The notes: generated from the sequence alone by a model not told the origin. 64,000 nucleotides of DNA from Eledone cirrhosa (GCA_964016885.1 OZ024742.1:131998001-132062000), one strand, 5' to 3'. Numbered from the stretch's first letter, positions 27,687 through 42,812 are shown. A program made the numbers and translations.

Positions 27687-30600
27687 GGTCTAATCGGACA
27701 TTTATTGCTCGCTCCCAGTAAGTCGCTTTATTTGCCTGTTAAAATTATTTGTTGTTAAATATTTCTTGTTGTGTAAGGGATATAAGCCTTAGACTTAGTC
27801 CTATGGAGGGAAAAGTATAATATATCGGCCTTTTGGTCCAAACATTAGAACATTTTAAGTTTAAAAAAAAATTATTTAAAAAAAAAAACATGGCTGAGCC
27901 ACGACCCCAGCAATATGTCTGCTGTCGTGTGACAACGGCGTAAACGTTGTTACAACAGACACCACCACAAACAACGTGAACAAAGACAACACTGAGAACA
28001 CTGATTTTGAAAACATTACCTCAACAACTACAACAATAACAGCGTCAACCAAAATAGAGACAACAGAAAAAAATGACAACAAATACAACAAAGATATTAA
28101 CAACACTAACAAGAAAATAAACAACGACAACAGCAACAGCAACAATACAAATTGCACCGAGAACAACCACAACAGTGCCACCAAAAACACAACCAACTAC
28201 AACAGTGATAACAGCAACAGCACCAACTACACCGTTTGTAGCAACAGCAACACCACCAACAAAATGACCGGTAGCAGCAGTAGTGGCAGCAATAATGGTG
28301 CCGCTGAAAAGGGACCAGTTCTTTCGCAGGTGTGGCCCGGAATATAGAGACAGTGCTAGTCACGGAGGAGGGGATGGCAGTCGCAAGAGCCATGGTGTCG
28401 AGAAACGACAATAGAGTTTCCCTGAAACCTCCACCCGATTCTTCAAAGACCAGCATCGGGGAGAGAGAGCCACGGAGGCTCAAATCCAAAAGGCATTGGG
28501 GTGCGTCTGGGCGTGCAAAACCCACATAAACCGGATTAGTAGACACCGGATTAGCAAATTAATTATGCGTGCGTTGACGGGTGCGATCGTCAACAACGGG
28601 TGGTGGTTTGCCCTGAAAAGGGCTATTAGAGTAGAATCGATAAGATTTCGCAAAGGAGAAATGATAGAGGAAAATAGAATAGAGGGAGAGTTAGTTAGAA
28701 AGCTAGAAGAGGCGTTTAGGACAGGCATCACAACCGACGTGCTTGCGGCGAGATTAGCACTCGACCAATTCTTCAACGCAAAGCATGAAGGCTGCGTTGT
28801 CAGAGCTGGAGCGCGTGCTCTAAGACACGACGGGACGAAAGCCGTTCAAAGTGCCCGGGAGGTGGAGATGCAACGTGGAAACAAGTCCACAATTCGGCTT
28901 TTGCCTGATCAAAACGGGCGCATGTTGCTCGAATCAGAGCAGATGTGTGCAGCTTTCCAACAGTATTTTGCTCAATTATTCTCGGCGGCGGCGGGCCGGA
29001 TCGGGGTATAGACTTCGGTGTATACCTCGACGAACTGGTGCGGCTATCGACGACCGCAGCGCAGTCCTGCGAGAAGCCTATAAGAGCAGGTGAAATACGG
29101 GAAGCGATGTCTGACTGCGCGAGGGGTGAATCGCCAGGTTTGGATGGTCTGCCCTACGAGCTTTTTACGTATATGCCAGCCTTCTTCGGTGACCTCTTGG
29201 CAGATGTCTAATGCAACTGGCAGCAGAACAGGAGCATTCCCAGTTTTGTGAGCCGGGGAGCCGTGGCGCTGCTGAGAAAAGACCCGAACAAGGGGGGCGT
29301 TATAGACAACTTTAGGCCCATAACTCTGCTAAACGCAGAGTTTAAGATTTTGGCCAAGGTGTTAGCAAAGAGATTGGCGCCTTGTCGTCGGTGTTCTGGT
29401 GGGAGAGGCGCAGGGATGCGCCATTCCGGACAGTTTCATCCACAACAACCTCCATCTCATGCGATACATCATAGAGAAGGTGGTTAAGGAACCTGGCACG
29501 GGTGAGGCCCTGGTGAACTTGGATCAATCTAATGCATTTGATAGGGTCGACCATCGGTACCTGGCTGCGATCATCCAGGCGGATTGCTGCGATGCACATC
29601 GACATCTGCTCGATTGTGAGGGTGAATGGTCACCTGTCGCAGCCGTTCAGCATCATGCGCTAGGTCCGCCAGGGTTGCCCCCTCTTGTCCCTCTTGTACG
29701 TACTAGCCCTCGAACCGTTACTGCACAAATTGGAGACGATGAGGGGTGTCCCACGCGTACTGGGATGCGCAGGTACGTGTCAGCTTACGCTAACGACGTC
29801 ACCGTGGTGGTGTCGAGCACCAAACACGTCCAGATGCTCGACACCGCTCTCAAGGAATACGAAGCGGTGACAGGAGCAAAGATAAACCAGGAAAAGTTGC
29901 TGGGCTTGCAACTCAGCACCTGGTGAGGCAGGTCTATGCCGTCCGATAGCGTCGTGGGGCCCTGGACGGAAGGGCCGGTGAAATTGCTCGGAGTTTGAGT
30001 CGGTCCGTACCTCCAGATGGAGAAAATCTGGAGCGAGAAATGGTCAGACAGGAGGCTGTCTCTGAAAGGGCGGGCGGAGGTGGCGAATGCATACATAGTG
30101 TCCGTCATCTGCTACTGCCTGACTGTCGTAGCTTGCACCCGCCTAACTCTGACCAACATGGAGCGCATTCTCTTCCGCTTTTTGTGGAAAAGACATGCTC
30201 CCATGGTCAGACGGTCCATTTACTGTCAACACCCTTTGTGTAGAGGACTAGGCATGCTGTGGCTGATGATGCGCACACATGCGCTGAGGCTGCAACATCT
30301 CTGGTGCTTCCTTGACGGTGAACCGGTGTGGTCGCCGTTTGCCAAACGCGCTTTTCCCCAGCTCGTCTCCATGAGGGAACTGCAGTCCTGAATCAGGAAA
30401 AGACCGAGGCATAGCACTTGGAAGCTGGAATGTCTCCAAGCGCTCACCGCCCTCTACCAGCTGGGCACTAGTATCGGTGGAACGTCCACCTCGGCGTTCT
30501 ATAGAGGGTTAGTGAAGGGAAAGAGCGACAACGCTCTCGGAGATAATCTGGACGTCGAAGACGATCAGCTGCTCGCTCTCTTCAAGAGTACTTTCAGACC

Positions 30601-31330
30601 GGGACCTATGGACAACTTCCAGAAATCCCTAGGCTGGCAGTGCTACTGGGGAGCATTGCCGGTTCGGGATAAGCCCTACAGGCACGGAGGTGCTGTCAGC
30701 CGAGCCTGTCCGAGATGCGCGCAGGGCGACGAAACCGACCTGCACGCACTCGTTCACTACCCGATGATTCCTGACTTGTCTAACAGCTATGTCAAACAGC
30801 TGATGTCGCGTGTTGTACGGATCCGGTTATCGACTAAGTCCATTGTGCAGATAGCCCCGCCATCATCCTTTAAAGAGGAGGAAGGACAGGCAGTTTTAAA
30901 CTGCCTGGTGGCCATGGCGAAAGAGATTGTGTGGTGGACAAGGTTGAAAGGGTTCAAGACGGGCACTTTCCATTTCGGCCAATCCCTGATTAACTTTTTC
31001 AAGTTTCTCTTGAAGAGGAAAATCAGGGTGGAGAGGCAAGTGCTGTCTTCTAGTAAGTTTGTTGAAAGGTGGGTGAAAGTGGTGAGTATGCGCCTGTAGA
31101 CTGAGGAGTGGGAAATCTGAGAGAGGGCGCCTGCCCTGGTGGCCGTGGCCATTTTGTGTGGTTTTCGCCTTTTTGGGGAATTTTTGTTGTTTGAATTTTT
31201 TTTTTGATTTCTAGCCCAATTTTGTTATAACCTGTTTACACGACCAAAACCCACTTTGTATCGTCCTGTACTGTTCTGTGCCACCTCTAATGTTTTTCTT
31301 CATGTTAGCCCTTGTGGCTAATAAAGAAAG
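27687..31330 (+). mobile_element. Tx1/L1-like LINE copy 1: 5' UTR, ORF1 start, internal deletion, disrupted RT and C-terminus, 3' UTR
   Basis: SPGLDGLPYELF, NFRPITLLNAEFKILAKVLAKRL, NLDQSNAFDRVDH, vRQGCPL, SAYANDVTV, GAKINQEK, CPRC..GDETDLH. Ends with aataaa plus (ATT)n. No AP endonuclease (APE) domain seen. Confidence 0.9.
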
Positions 31331-31349
31331 AATTATCATTATCATTATT

Positions 31350-34300
31350 GGTCTGAACGGACGTCTTTTTGCTCGCTCTCGTAGATCTCTTTATTTACCT
31401 GTCAAAACTTTTATTGAATTTTGTGTAATTTTGTAAGGGATATAAGCCCTTGGACTTTGGCCTGTGAATGGGAAAGTATAATTGTTTCTACTTTTGGCAC
31501 AAGGTGCATTACTGGTACTTTATTTTATCGACCCCGTAAGGATGAAAGGCAAAGTTAATCTCGGCGGGTTTGAACTCGGATCATAAAGGGTGGTAACTCT
31601 ATGCTTCAAAGCTTGGCCCAAATATTTTAACTTTTTTACATTTTAAAAAATTATCGAAAAAAAAAATCTTGGCTGAGCCACGCACCCCCAGCGATATATC
31701 TGGTGTCGAGTAACAACGACGTAAAAGTTGAGAGGAGCGTTACGGCGAAATTTACAGAAATTAACACAACAAACACCACCACAAACAATGTGAATAAAGA
31801 CAGCAATGATAACAACACTGAGAACTCTAATTTTGAAAAGAAGGAAAGTAACAGCGACAACCAAAATACAGATAACAGAAAAAATGACAAATGCAACACC
31901 ACTAACATTAAAACAAATAGCGACAACACCAACAGCAACAATACCAACTGCACCGAGAACAACATCAACAACAACGACGACACCAAATATATAGCCAACT
32001 ACAACTGTGACAACAGCAACAACATCAACAAGAACAACGACAACAACAACACCACCACCTACGACAATAAGAAGAACACTTTCGCTGCGGCAGCAGCCAA
32101 AAAGAGGCCATGCTTCAGCATGGACCTCTCAAACAAAGATTAAAAGTTGGCCCAGGCCTGGAACCTCATCTAGCAATAGCAAACCTGAGCCAACTTAACT
32201 GTCCTGGTAGAAGCTATTGAAGCAGTGGAGAGAAGAACGGTGCATTACATATACATCTCAGCACAAACCAAAACAGCAGCTTTAATTCCACAAGCAGATG
32301 CGCTGAGGTGCATAGGGATGACACCGAATACATAGCGAGAGGCTGACAATACGGCACCATTTCGGTGCTGTTTAAGCCAGAAGCCCTCGCTATGAAACAC
32401 GCTATGACACCTTGCAAAACCAGCAAGGTCATAATGTACCACTCCCACATCAGAAAAAGAACGGCCCGTCTCCGCATTCTCAGAATCCCACCAGGACTTG
32501 ACATGTGGTGGCTTCTGGGATGTGTGATTGTGGAGGGGACGGATACCGTCCCGATAGAAGTCACAAGAACGGCCAGAGAGGACTGGTCTGGGGTTGATCT
32601 GGAGATACTTCTCCAGATCAGGCCGGAGAATGACCGCGGGGAAAATGCCGCTTTGTTTTGTTTGTGGGCAAAAAACCCATTTGCGAGCCTTCTGCCCTCA
32701 ACTGCTGAAAGATGCAAGAGGTCGAACGGCTCCACTGCTGCCGACGCCGGGGCAAGGACCACAACCAACACAAGCACCGGCAAAACCACCAACAACAACA
32801 CCAATAGCAATAGCACCACCAACATTATCACCGAGGGGCGAAACGAGGAAAATTGTCAAATTCCCACTCCCCCAAAAAATACATACATCAATAAAAACAT
32901 AAACACACGCACAGACACACTTACAGACACAGACCCCTCATCTACCAGTAGTGAAGATGAGGGAAAGCCTAATACTCCCAAATTACAAGAAATGAAACAC
33001 AAAATGTAAAAAAAAACTCAACAAAGCACATAAACACCCACCATAAAAAATACAGACACCACCCACGCAAACATCTCCCCAACAACACCATCACCTTCAC
33101 ACCCCCCTCCGAACGCAAACAACCTAAACAGACGCAAGAATAAATACACACACAAACATCTGAAACCACAGACACCGCACTCACCACAAACAGAGACACA
33201 ACAGAAACAACACCACCAAAACCATCACCACCACAGACACACAAACAAATAAAATCACATCATCAAAACATACAAAACTCTGTGCTCGTCAGGAGGGCTA
33301 ACAAGGATCTGATGGCCTTCGTAGCACGAAGTGAAGAAATACAAAAAGAGGGGGACATTTTTAAATCGAGCACATTTCGCGTGCCTGATTTGTTTCTCGT
33401 GCGAATGTCGCTCGCTTTATACAAAGAGATACGAGACAGCTTCCTCGGGACGTGGGAACCCCGAACGTAAAACCCACTTCAAGAATTTTAACGGGGTTCT
33501 GAAAAGAAACCCCACCAACTATGGAGGTCGAACAACCCGACCTTCACAAGAGTCCGGAAGGTAAGTAAACCTTTCCTCTCTCTCTTTTAGCCTGCCAACA
33601 AGGCCGTATTAAGAGTAGGATGTTTAAATGTTCGAGGCCTGGGATGGTCCTGGAAGCAGGGTCAACTGCTCAACGACCTCAGGTCTCTAGATATGGATGT
33701 AATTGCCGTTAGCGAGACCAGGATTTCCGACACGCGCGTACTATCCCCCATGTTCGACCACTATCAGTTCTTTGCATCTGTTAGTCGTCTGCGAATGGGA
33801 GGTGGGGTGGCAGTGCTGTTTAGGAAAGGTCTTGATCTCGAGGTAAAGTCGATCTTCCGGGACCCAGATGGTAAGTTGTTGGTCCTGGACGTGAACAATA
33901 ACGAAGGTGGTGCATTTAGACTGGTGGCCGTCTACGCCTCTACGGCAGGACAGCCGGACTTCTTTAGACGCCTGGAAGCCTTTCTGGGTACGCTTCGCCC
34001 TTTACTTTTAGCGGCGGACTGGAACGGCATCTTAGACGCACGCTGGGACTGTGTGAGAGTATCCGATAGGAGGGGGGGGGGGCAAAAGCCTCAAGAACCT
34101 GATTAGCCAGTTCCAACTATCTGAGAGACACTGACTAGATTTCCCTAGTGCGCCAGTGTGGACTTGGACTAGACGCATAGGTTCACCTAGATCGTATATA
34201 GACAGGATAGTCACTAGGAATATAGCGAAGGAAGAGGTTGGCGCTTGTCGTCGGGGATTTTTTGGCGGAGGCGCAAACTTGCGCAATCCCAACCAGGTCC

Positions 34301-34690
34301 ATCAACTTTTTGAAGTTTCACTTGGAAAGGAAGGTGAGGGTGGAGAGAGAAGTGCTGCCCCTCAGTAAATTTGTTGAAAGGTGGGTGAATGTCGCGAGAA
34401 TGGCCCGTGTGAGTGGGCCTACTCCGATCATGCCCCTGTAGGTGGGTAAATTTGAGGAGGAGAGGGGTGCCTTCCCGGGTGCTCTCGAAGCATCGGGTCG
34501 TTCGGGATTGGTGGGGTACCTGAACGAACCCTGAGTGGTCACCCCCCCCCCTATTGGGGAATTTTCCTTGTATTTTTATTGTTACTTTGTTATTGTTATT
34601 CATATTGTTCACTCGGTTTCTGTAAAACCCCACTGTCCCAGTCTTTTGTATTGTCCCCTATGTCGGCCCTTGTGGCCAATAAATGAAATC
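31350..34690 (+). mobile_element. Tx1/L1-like LINE copy 2: ORF1 with CCHC knuckle, AP endonuclease, RT deleted, 3' end
   Basis: 5' region homologous to 27687. CFVCGQKTHLRAFC; GCLNVRGL, DVIAVSET, GGGVAVL, LVAVYA, AADWN, SYIDRI. Then jumps to INFLKFHLERKVRVERE..KFVERWV, matching the copy 1 C-terminus. Confidence 0.9.
31481..31612 (-). mobile_element. SINE family 1 nested in the 5' UTR of Tx1-like copy 2
   Basis: SINE core present; absent from the homologous position in copy 1. Confidence 0.85.
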
Positions 34691-35715
34691 ATTATTATTA
34701 TCATTATTGTTTTTATTATTGATGATGTTGTTGTTGTTGTTGTTTTTATTATTAATCTTCTATTGACGGCCTTCAGTTAAAACATGATTTGGTCTTAGAC
34801 TAATGCAATTAAGTTTTATTCATATGGGCTTTTGGCACAACATCATTCATATAGATTAAAGATCATCATGCAAAGTTATATAAATCGTAAAGTATAGCCG
34901 AAAATAGCAGCAATTGTGCCATACAATAGAAAGATCTTTTCTGTTTTGTTCTCCCTTTTCTAACCTGCCGTTTGAAAAGCTTTAACGATAAACTGGTGAA
35001 TATTTTGTACAAGTCAAAAATGATTTCAATGCATCGCGGAAATTCTTGCTCGATTTTCAGGAAGTCTCTATCTATGGAATTCTGACAAATGCAATCCGTA
35101 GTTACAAAACATCTGCCGCTAATGACTAAGGGTCAGTTTCATGGTTATTTCATATATGTAGCTTGACTGGTTTAAACATGAGGTGGCGATGTGTGGAATG
35201 GAAAGTTAAAAGTGGCGTCGACCAAACTCCTACGGCTCCTACCCCAACACCACCAGCGTGTAAGAATGTCGACAATGCCCCGAAGACTAAGTAGTACGCT
35301 TACATCAGCAGGGCATCGTTCGTCTTTCTTACGATCAATTCCCTTGGCACAGAACTAGACTGACTAATTATGACAAGCCGTGGCATAAAGCAACGCTCTT
35401 CACTGCATGATCACTTGTGCCAGCCATTCTGTCATGAATACAATGGATAGTCACATTTCCTTTGAGGCATATCACACCACGTGTCGCCTGCTACACTGAC
35501 AGTTGAAAAGAACAGCGTACAAAATGCGTTGGTCAGTGTTTATTTTAGAAAAACCACCATGGATCTGCGAGAAAAACGCCATGAAAAGAAATCATAATTT
35601 GACTTTGGCAATCGTTTGTGAAGAGTGGGTTGTAAGGTGTGCAGATGGGGGTAATGCCGTATGTGTGTGTGCGCGTGTAATATGCCCTCTTTATGTGTGT
35701 GTGTATACATATATG

Positions 35716-35775
<60 letters not shown>

Positions 35776-35865
35776 ATTGTTGTAAAGTTAGTGTGTGGTA
35801 AAATCTGCTGGTATATGATGGTGCCTTTGTACAAGGAAGTGTGTGCGAGAGTGTATATATATATA

Positions 35866-35942
<77 letters not shown>

Positions 35943-36699
35943 TACTATTATTGTGAGTAGATTGTGGTATATTGCTTTGTAACAGTATATAGACGACCTG
36001 TCGTATCGGGAAATGAGATTAGCCATTGTTGTTATATGCATCAATTTAAATCAGCATTTTGAAAGCGCTTCACTTACTGATGCTTGTCGCTAAACAAATT
36101 ATTGATGGAAATATTGTTTAGATGCATCACACCACTCATCCAATACACTCACAAGAAGTAAAACTGTTCTGAATATAAAAGAAGGCTCTGATTTTTGATG
36201 ACCCTACCATAGAGTATACTCATCTCAGAAGAATATCATAAAGCACGCACACGCATCAATACACTCACACGATCATGTATCTGTATGTTCTCTTCTCTGA
36301 ATTTTGAATATATTTTTGATCGGGAACCTTCCCAGTGGCAGGGCTTGAAGGAGTGGAATTTGTTGTCGCATCTTGTGTAAATGTTTATCCTTCGAATCGT
36401 AAAAATATTTTACAAGTTCTGAGGTTTCCGGATATTGTATCCATCTATAGCATAATAATTAAGAAGCGGCATTCTTTCACCTCAAATCCAATCTCAGTTA
36501 CATGTTGGTCTAGGCTGTGCAGTATATAAACAGTGGCTCCAATAATGATGGGTATGAAACCGAATGTGTATCTTCGATACTGAATGTGCACATTTCTCTT
36601 CAATGGGCCGTAGATATCCTTCTTCTCTTGCATTTTTCTTACCAAACTGACAACAAGTGCACTCCTGGCTTCTACAACAGACCATGTTCTTAAAGTGTG

Positions 36700-38480
36700 G
36701 TCTCATCTCAAAGAACAATATCTCACTAGTTGCGCTTTAATATGGTGGCAGTGTTTATATTTAGGTTCCAACAGTAATCTTTTGATCCATTATTCTCGTC
36801 ATATTCCTCCCTATTTGATTTCATTTTCGTTTTCCGTAATACGTTCCAGATCGTTCTAGCTATCACATCTTGCCTCACGTGGAAATATTAACGAGAAAAC
36901 CTTCTTTCACATTTGCAATAATACGTTTAACATATTCAATCCTTGTTTTGTACACTCTACATATATACTCAACTGATGACCTTCCTATTTTGAACAGTAG
37001 GTATGTATTGGGGATTTTTTATTCCTGGATTGCATGAAGATAACCTTCAAGATGGGATGTTATGAATATGTCGGAACTCTTTGTCAGGCTTTTAGTATGA
37101 TTTTTCCCACTTCACGGTTTGTGTTGTTCGTCTCAAGTAACCATGTACAGCATTCTTAGTTAATTAGCTATATTTTATTAGCTTTATTTTATCCGAGCAT
37201 TGTTTAGAATTTTCCGATGATCCTTGGAGAGAGATTTTTGTCAGGTTTTATTTCATGTCTCTCTTGTAGTTCAGTGTATATCCTAAATATATTGTTATTG
37301 CCATGCTCATGCATCTGGGCAAGATCTCTGCTGATATTTTCCTTCTGTTGAAGATGTTGCTTCACTGTTATCCCGGTCACGTATGTTACTAATTTGGATT
37401 TTAGGCCCTGGCCACGTTCCTTGCATGAGAAATATAGCCTATTCACATCAACATTGATATTAAAGTTTCCAGTAACACTGAGTAACTTGCGAGTTGTTAT
37501 ATCCATCTCGCCTAGTTTGTGTAATGACCAGTTCCGCAGGTATATTGTTGGCGTGAGGATAGGCACAGCAAAATATTGCGAGAAATGTGCTTGTTGCGCG
37601 TGGGGAGTTCTGATCACCTTTACTCTTCTGAGGTATTCATTCCTGGTTTTCTCTTTATCTATGAGTCCATCGTAACTGACATTCCCATACTGCACATGTT
37701 ACATATAATTGTCACCTCACTGTAGAGGTTTAATTACCAAGCTGGGTATTTTTAGGTTTTTAGAGGAGGGCACAATACTTCCGCGTTTATTGTCAAAAGG
37801 TACATTTGTACTCACCAATTGCATTACTATGTCTGTAGAAAATTGGGTAATGAAGTCCAATAGTTGTTTTTATATGATTGATATTTTGCCCACATAATTT
37901 CAGGTCATCGACAGAGAAAATATGAGAGAAACTTCTAAATGTATTTCTAGATTTGTGATCAGGTATAATAATGAATTTAACCGTCTGGGTGGTAATCTTT
38001 AGCAAGGGTGCTGTGGCTCTTTTGGGGGATAGTGAGAGTTGAGGCAGTTGATAACATTAGCGCATTTCTTGTGTACCTTCAACATTTTTTACCATATGGT
38101 ATCTCAAAGATAAAAGGTGAAATTATTCATTCATTAAATGCTCGGGGTCTGGCGATTTGCTGTTTGACAGTTTCTGTAAAGCCGTTTCCAGTATAGCATC
38201 ATATGTTTCATATTGTTTTGACTCGTCATGCTGGCAGTAGTTCGGCTGTTGACTCGACATGCTGGTAGTAGTCCGGCTCAAATTCCTTTATTCATAGTGC
38301 TTATTTTTTGAATTCCCCATTTGTTTCCCATAAACATTTTGTAAATGTATGGTTGTATGAATATATTTTTGCTGGTAAAATGTAATTGTTTGGAGTCACT
38401 TGGTGCACATCAAGTAACACAGTATCTTGCATGATTTGTTAATGTACTTAGCCAACTTTAACGTCTGCTTCTCTATCTGC
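36700..38480 (-). pseudogene. Degraded R4-like LINE RT
   Basis: SHIFSVDDLKL; EYLRRVKVI...FAVPILT....W....L..MDITTRKLL...DVNRLY..CKERGQGLK. Confidence 0.7.
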
Positions 38481-39428
38481 GTACTTACTTCTGTTAAATG
38501 GGTTTATGCATGCATGATCATATTCGTTAAACATACATGATATCATGTTAACCTTCTCAAATTTACGGATTTTAAAAACTGAAATTGCAAAGGCATGCAG
38601 CTGAAAGGTTAGAGTTGGATTTGTGGGGTTGTGAATTCGATTGCCTGACCGAGCAAGGCGTTATGTTCTTCGACAATACACTTTATTTCAAGTTGCACTT
38701 TCTGCCAAGAATTGCGACAGGCAAATAATATCAGCGATTGGAAAAATCAGTGGAGACATTGTCTCCTTGGTCTGATCTGGCAAGTTCCACCCAATTGGGT
38801 AAGCGAATGAGATCTGAGATCCTGTTGATTCGAATAATATAAAATAGACATGCGTTTGTTTTTTTTTAAAACCCCTCATAGTATAGGGATTCATGTTTAT
38901 AGCTTAATGACAACGTTGAATTATACAGATTTAAATGTATATATATATATATTAGATATGATGAATCTAATTTTCTTTTTCTGATAGGCCTATTCACTAG
39001 ACGATATGCTCATTAATAATATGTGGAATTTTCTTGAATATCTTCAATAGTGTTTGCAGGATGAACACATTGAATCCGTAATTGTGAACTAATCTGTCAA
39101 CAATTGTGTTCCTTGCGTAAGTTCAACTAGAAACATGTGTATTAAACAAGGCTACTAGGAAGTATACAATGCACAGCAATCAAATCATATATCTTCAGTA
39201 AAACAGAAGTCAGAATTACGGATTGATATCTAATAAAATTAAACGGAGTTATTAACGCAATCGACTTTTCACTAATTTAAAGGAAGCTATTGTCATAGTA
39301 ATTGCATATACAAGTAAATATATATATATATATATGGGGATTTATTTCAGCCGAAGCATTAATGAATATACTTGCATATCCCCAACCTTCCGTCCATGGC
39401 GTTCACTCTCCCTCTCTCGCCCCTCAAT

Positions 39429-39570
<142 letters not shown>

Positions 39571-39917
39571 GTATATATATATATATATACACATATTTGT
39601 GCCGAAAGGGTTGTTATTTGAAGTGCATGAGATTGATTAGAAGTGGTTTTGAATGGCAAGTATTTAGCTGGAAGCAAATCAGCATGTAGCGTGTTATGGG
39701 GCATGGGAAATACTACAAGATATTTGAACCACATGTGTTTTTTCTTCCAGAAAATCATCAAGATGTACGAAGATGCAAAATATTCAAAATACAGCTTGAA
39801 GCATGATATATCACTATAACAATGTTTCAATGTTTTTTTAACAAATATAGTACATTATTGTGTATGAAAGTATATTCTCAATTTACATTGAGTTGATTAC
39901 ATATAATTTGAGAAAAT

Positions 39918-39951
<34 letters not shown>

Positions 39952-40056
39952 GTATATTCACACGCATATATATATGCACATAAATTATATATACATACAT
40001 ATATATATATGTGTGTGTGTGTTTGTATGTGTGTGTCATATATATATATTTATTGT

Positions 40057-40180
40057 GAAGGCGTGTGGCTGAGTGGTTAGAGAATTGGATTCGCAATCGT
40101 GAGGTTGTGAGTTCGATTCCTGGACCAGGCGAGGCGTTATGTCCTTGAGCAAGACACTTTATTTCACTTTGCTCCTTCTA
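40057..40180 (+). mobile_element. SINE family 2 head
   Basis: gcgtgtggctgagtggttag (A box), gagttcgattcc (B box), cttgagcaagacactttattt. Confidence 0.8.
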
Positions 40181-40375
40181 CCTGGAGTTGCGGCCGACAG
40201 ATAGTATTAGCAATTGGAAAGACCAACGGAAACATTGTTTCCTCGGTCCGATTTGACGAAAGTCAATCGTTCCTTAAAAAAAATATATATGTATGTGTTT
40301 GTGTGTGTGCGTCATATATATATGTGTGTGTTTGTGTGTGTGTGTCATATATATGTGTGTGTTTGTGTTTGTGTC

Positions 40376-40456
<81 letters not shown>

Positions 40457-41059
40457 TTAATATACATTTAATATATATTTAATAAGCAGTGGAGGTTCAC
40501 TGGGCACTCGCAAGATCATTGGACGTACCTTTTCTCATGATTCTGCGAGTGTACAGTTGTAAATCCAGATTAACAAGGTTCACTACTTATCCATAATAAA
40601 CGAATATTTAAACACTACTTCACTATGGAGAATAATTTCTGAAGTCTGTCAATTAAACATGAATATATATTGTGTAGTAGAAATTAGATAAACAAACATC
40701 CAAATTTGTTAGAGAACTCAGACTATAAGATGTGATGTGCATTTAGATTAAATCACAATTACATAGCCTGAAAATGGGTTAGACCCTTTTAGTATATAAC
40801 ATTAAAGCTGCCTCCCTTTCATTATCCAGCATTTTCTTTTCAAACCACATCCCCTGAAGTTTAGACCTCCTAATTCCCTCCCCATCCTTCTAGCATTCTT
40901 ATACGAAATAAGATATTCGGAGAAACTATCTCTTATGATATTGCGAAGAAATAAGTTGGCGTAATTCAATATGCTAATGAAATACGCGTATTCGTTTTAG
41001 GTAATTGTTGTAGTGATTCAAACTAATTATATATATATGTATATATATATATATATTTA

Positions 41060-41797
41060 TGAAAACAGGGAGAAAGAGACGATTATTAGGAAGAAAAATA
41101 TATTTTTTTCCCTTTTTGTTTCTCTCTCTCTTTTTTCTGGGTTAGAAAATGATTAAAACGAAATGTTTTATTTTGTGTGAAGTGTTAAGGTATTAGTTGA
41201 TTTATTTATTATTTAACAATGGCATTTTTTAAATCTAATTATATATTTAATAATTGTCTATTACCCGTTTCAGCATTTTTATGCATTATCAAATGATAGT
41301 GAAATGTATTAGTGTGGTGTCGCACATGTTAAACACAAGGTGCAGAAAGAATAATGTTATTTACAGGCATAGTTATTGAAGTTAAGCAGATCAAAATGTG
41401 TTGATATAGCAAGAGTGCTTAGTTGATCCATGATTCCGTGATGGAGGCAAATGGTGGACTGAGGTTTGATATGATTTCCCTTTTTAGAGAGTTAATATGC
41501 AGTGGGAAGCATTTCTTGCTGGATAATATTTAATTTATTTAAGAAAAAGGATTAGGTAGGGTTTGAGGGAGGTAACTCTTGTAAATGTTTGATTGTTTGT
41601 TGCAGTTTTAGATTGGCCCGATTTTTATAACATTAAATAGAGGTTGGAATTTGTTAATGAAATATGTTTTCTTATTGGTACGTTGGATGAAAGTAGCGTT
41701 GTCTATGATTTTGTAAATAGGGAAAATTTTAAAGTATGGATGTTCTTTGTGAGCACAATTGGGAATATGTTCATTAAATGCAATCTTTCTGTATCCC
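41060..41797 (-). mobile_element. 3' fragment of a Neptune-like PLE with degenerate hammerhead (~41258-41300)
   Basis: YRKIAFNEHIPNC...FKIFPIYK...R..K.TYFINKFQPLFN matches the C-terminus of ORF2 52996-55182. Downstream: TTGATAA-tgcat aaaa atgc-t-GAAAC-gg-GTA. Confidence 0.7.
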
Positions 41798-41816
41798 TGT
41801 ATATATATATATACAC

Positions 41817-41862
<46 letters not shown>

Positions 41863-41984
41863 AAGAGCGAGTAGGACCCCGACGGCTAAGCTCAAGCCGG
41901 TTCGAAGGCTAATTCTGGACTAAAAAAAAAAAATATATATATATATATCTAAGGCGGGTAAAATTCCCGAGATCCATGGACGAG

Positions 41985-42178
41985 TTCTCTCCAGCGGTCT
42001 CTGTCCCTCATTATCGCTGCCATATCCTGCATCTCCAACAGACCAGTGTCTGTCCTTAGGGCATCAACATATCTTAACCTTGGTCTTCCTCTTCTAGTGT
42101 GTCCATGTAGGGGCTCCCAAAGGAGCACTCAATGCAATGTCAACTCTGGATGTCGGTGAGCATGTCCAGCCAACCTCA
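41985..42178 (-). pseudogene. RTE-clade LINE 3' fragment
   Basis: LRLAGHAHRHPE....VLLWEP.HG, then GRPRLRYVDALRTDTG....MRDRDRW after a frameshift. Confidence 0.75.
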
Positions 42179-42812
42179 AATAACAGATTAAAGTTTAAGC
42201 AAAGAATCGCTGCTTTCACCCTTAACGGGATCTTCTGAAACTAACAAAGTCAATCTGTAAGCGCAGAAGTGGATATTTCAAAAAACGTTGCAACCAGAGG
42301 AAGACAGGAAAACGATACTTTGGTTCGTGGAAACGTTCGCTGGCAAAGAACGGGAAAAAACGAATATAATACGTCATTAATAGGAGCGGTGAAAAACAAT
42401 TACGCGCAAAGACAGAACCACGTTTATAGTATAAGAGAGGTCGTAGACTAATGTTCTCTCAGGTGGTTCATAGAGACGTTCTCTAGCAATGAACGAAAAA
42501 AACGAGGATAATACGTCATATGTGGAGCGTGGAGAACAATAGCACGCAAAGACAAAACCACGTAAATGGTATAGCAGAAGTCGTAGACTAAAATTCTAAC
42601 TAGGAGACCTAATGAATCTCCGCTACAGAGTTAAGAACAAAGTAAATAAATACAATACAGAAGTAATAGAAATAAATAAATACATACACGCAAACAAATA
42701 CGTACATACACAAGCATACGCAAAACACTTACCATAGGTATACAAAACCACGCACATATAAATATGTGTGTGTGTATGCGTGTATACAAATAAATAAATA
42801 ATTATATAAACG
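42178..42812 (-). mobile_element. Solo 3' UTR/pLTR of the Naiad-like PLE at 55859-58300
   Basis: Highly similar to 55869-56500; includes the HHR variant at 42192-42242. Confidence 0.9.

Noticed and set aside
40057-40135. Genuine tRNA gene
   Set aside because: A/B boxes continue into a repeated SINE body with no clean acceptor stem.
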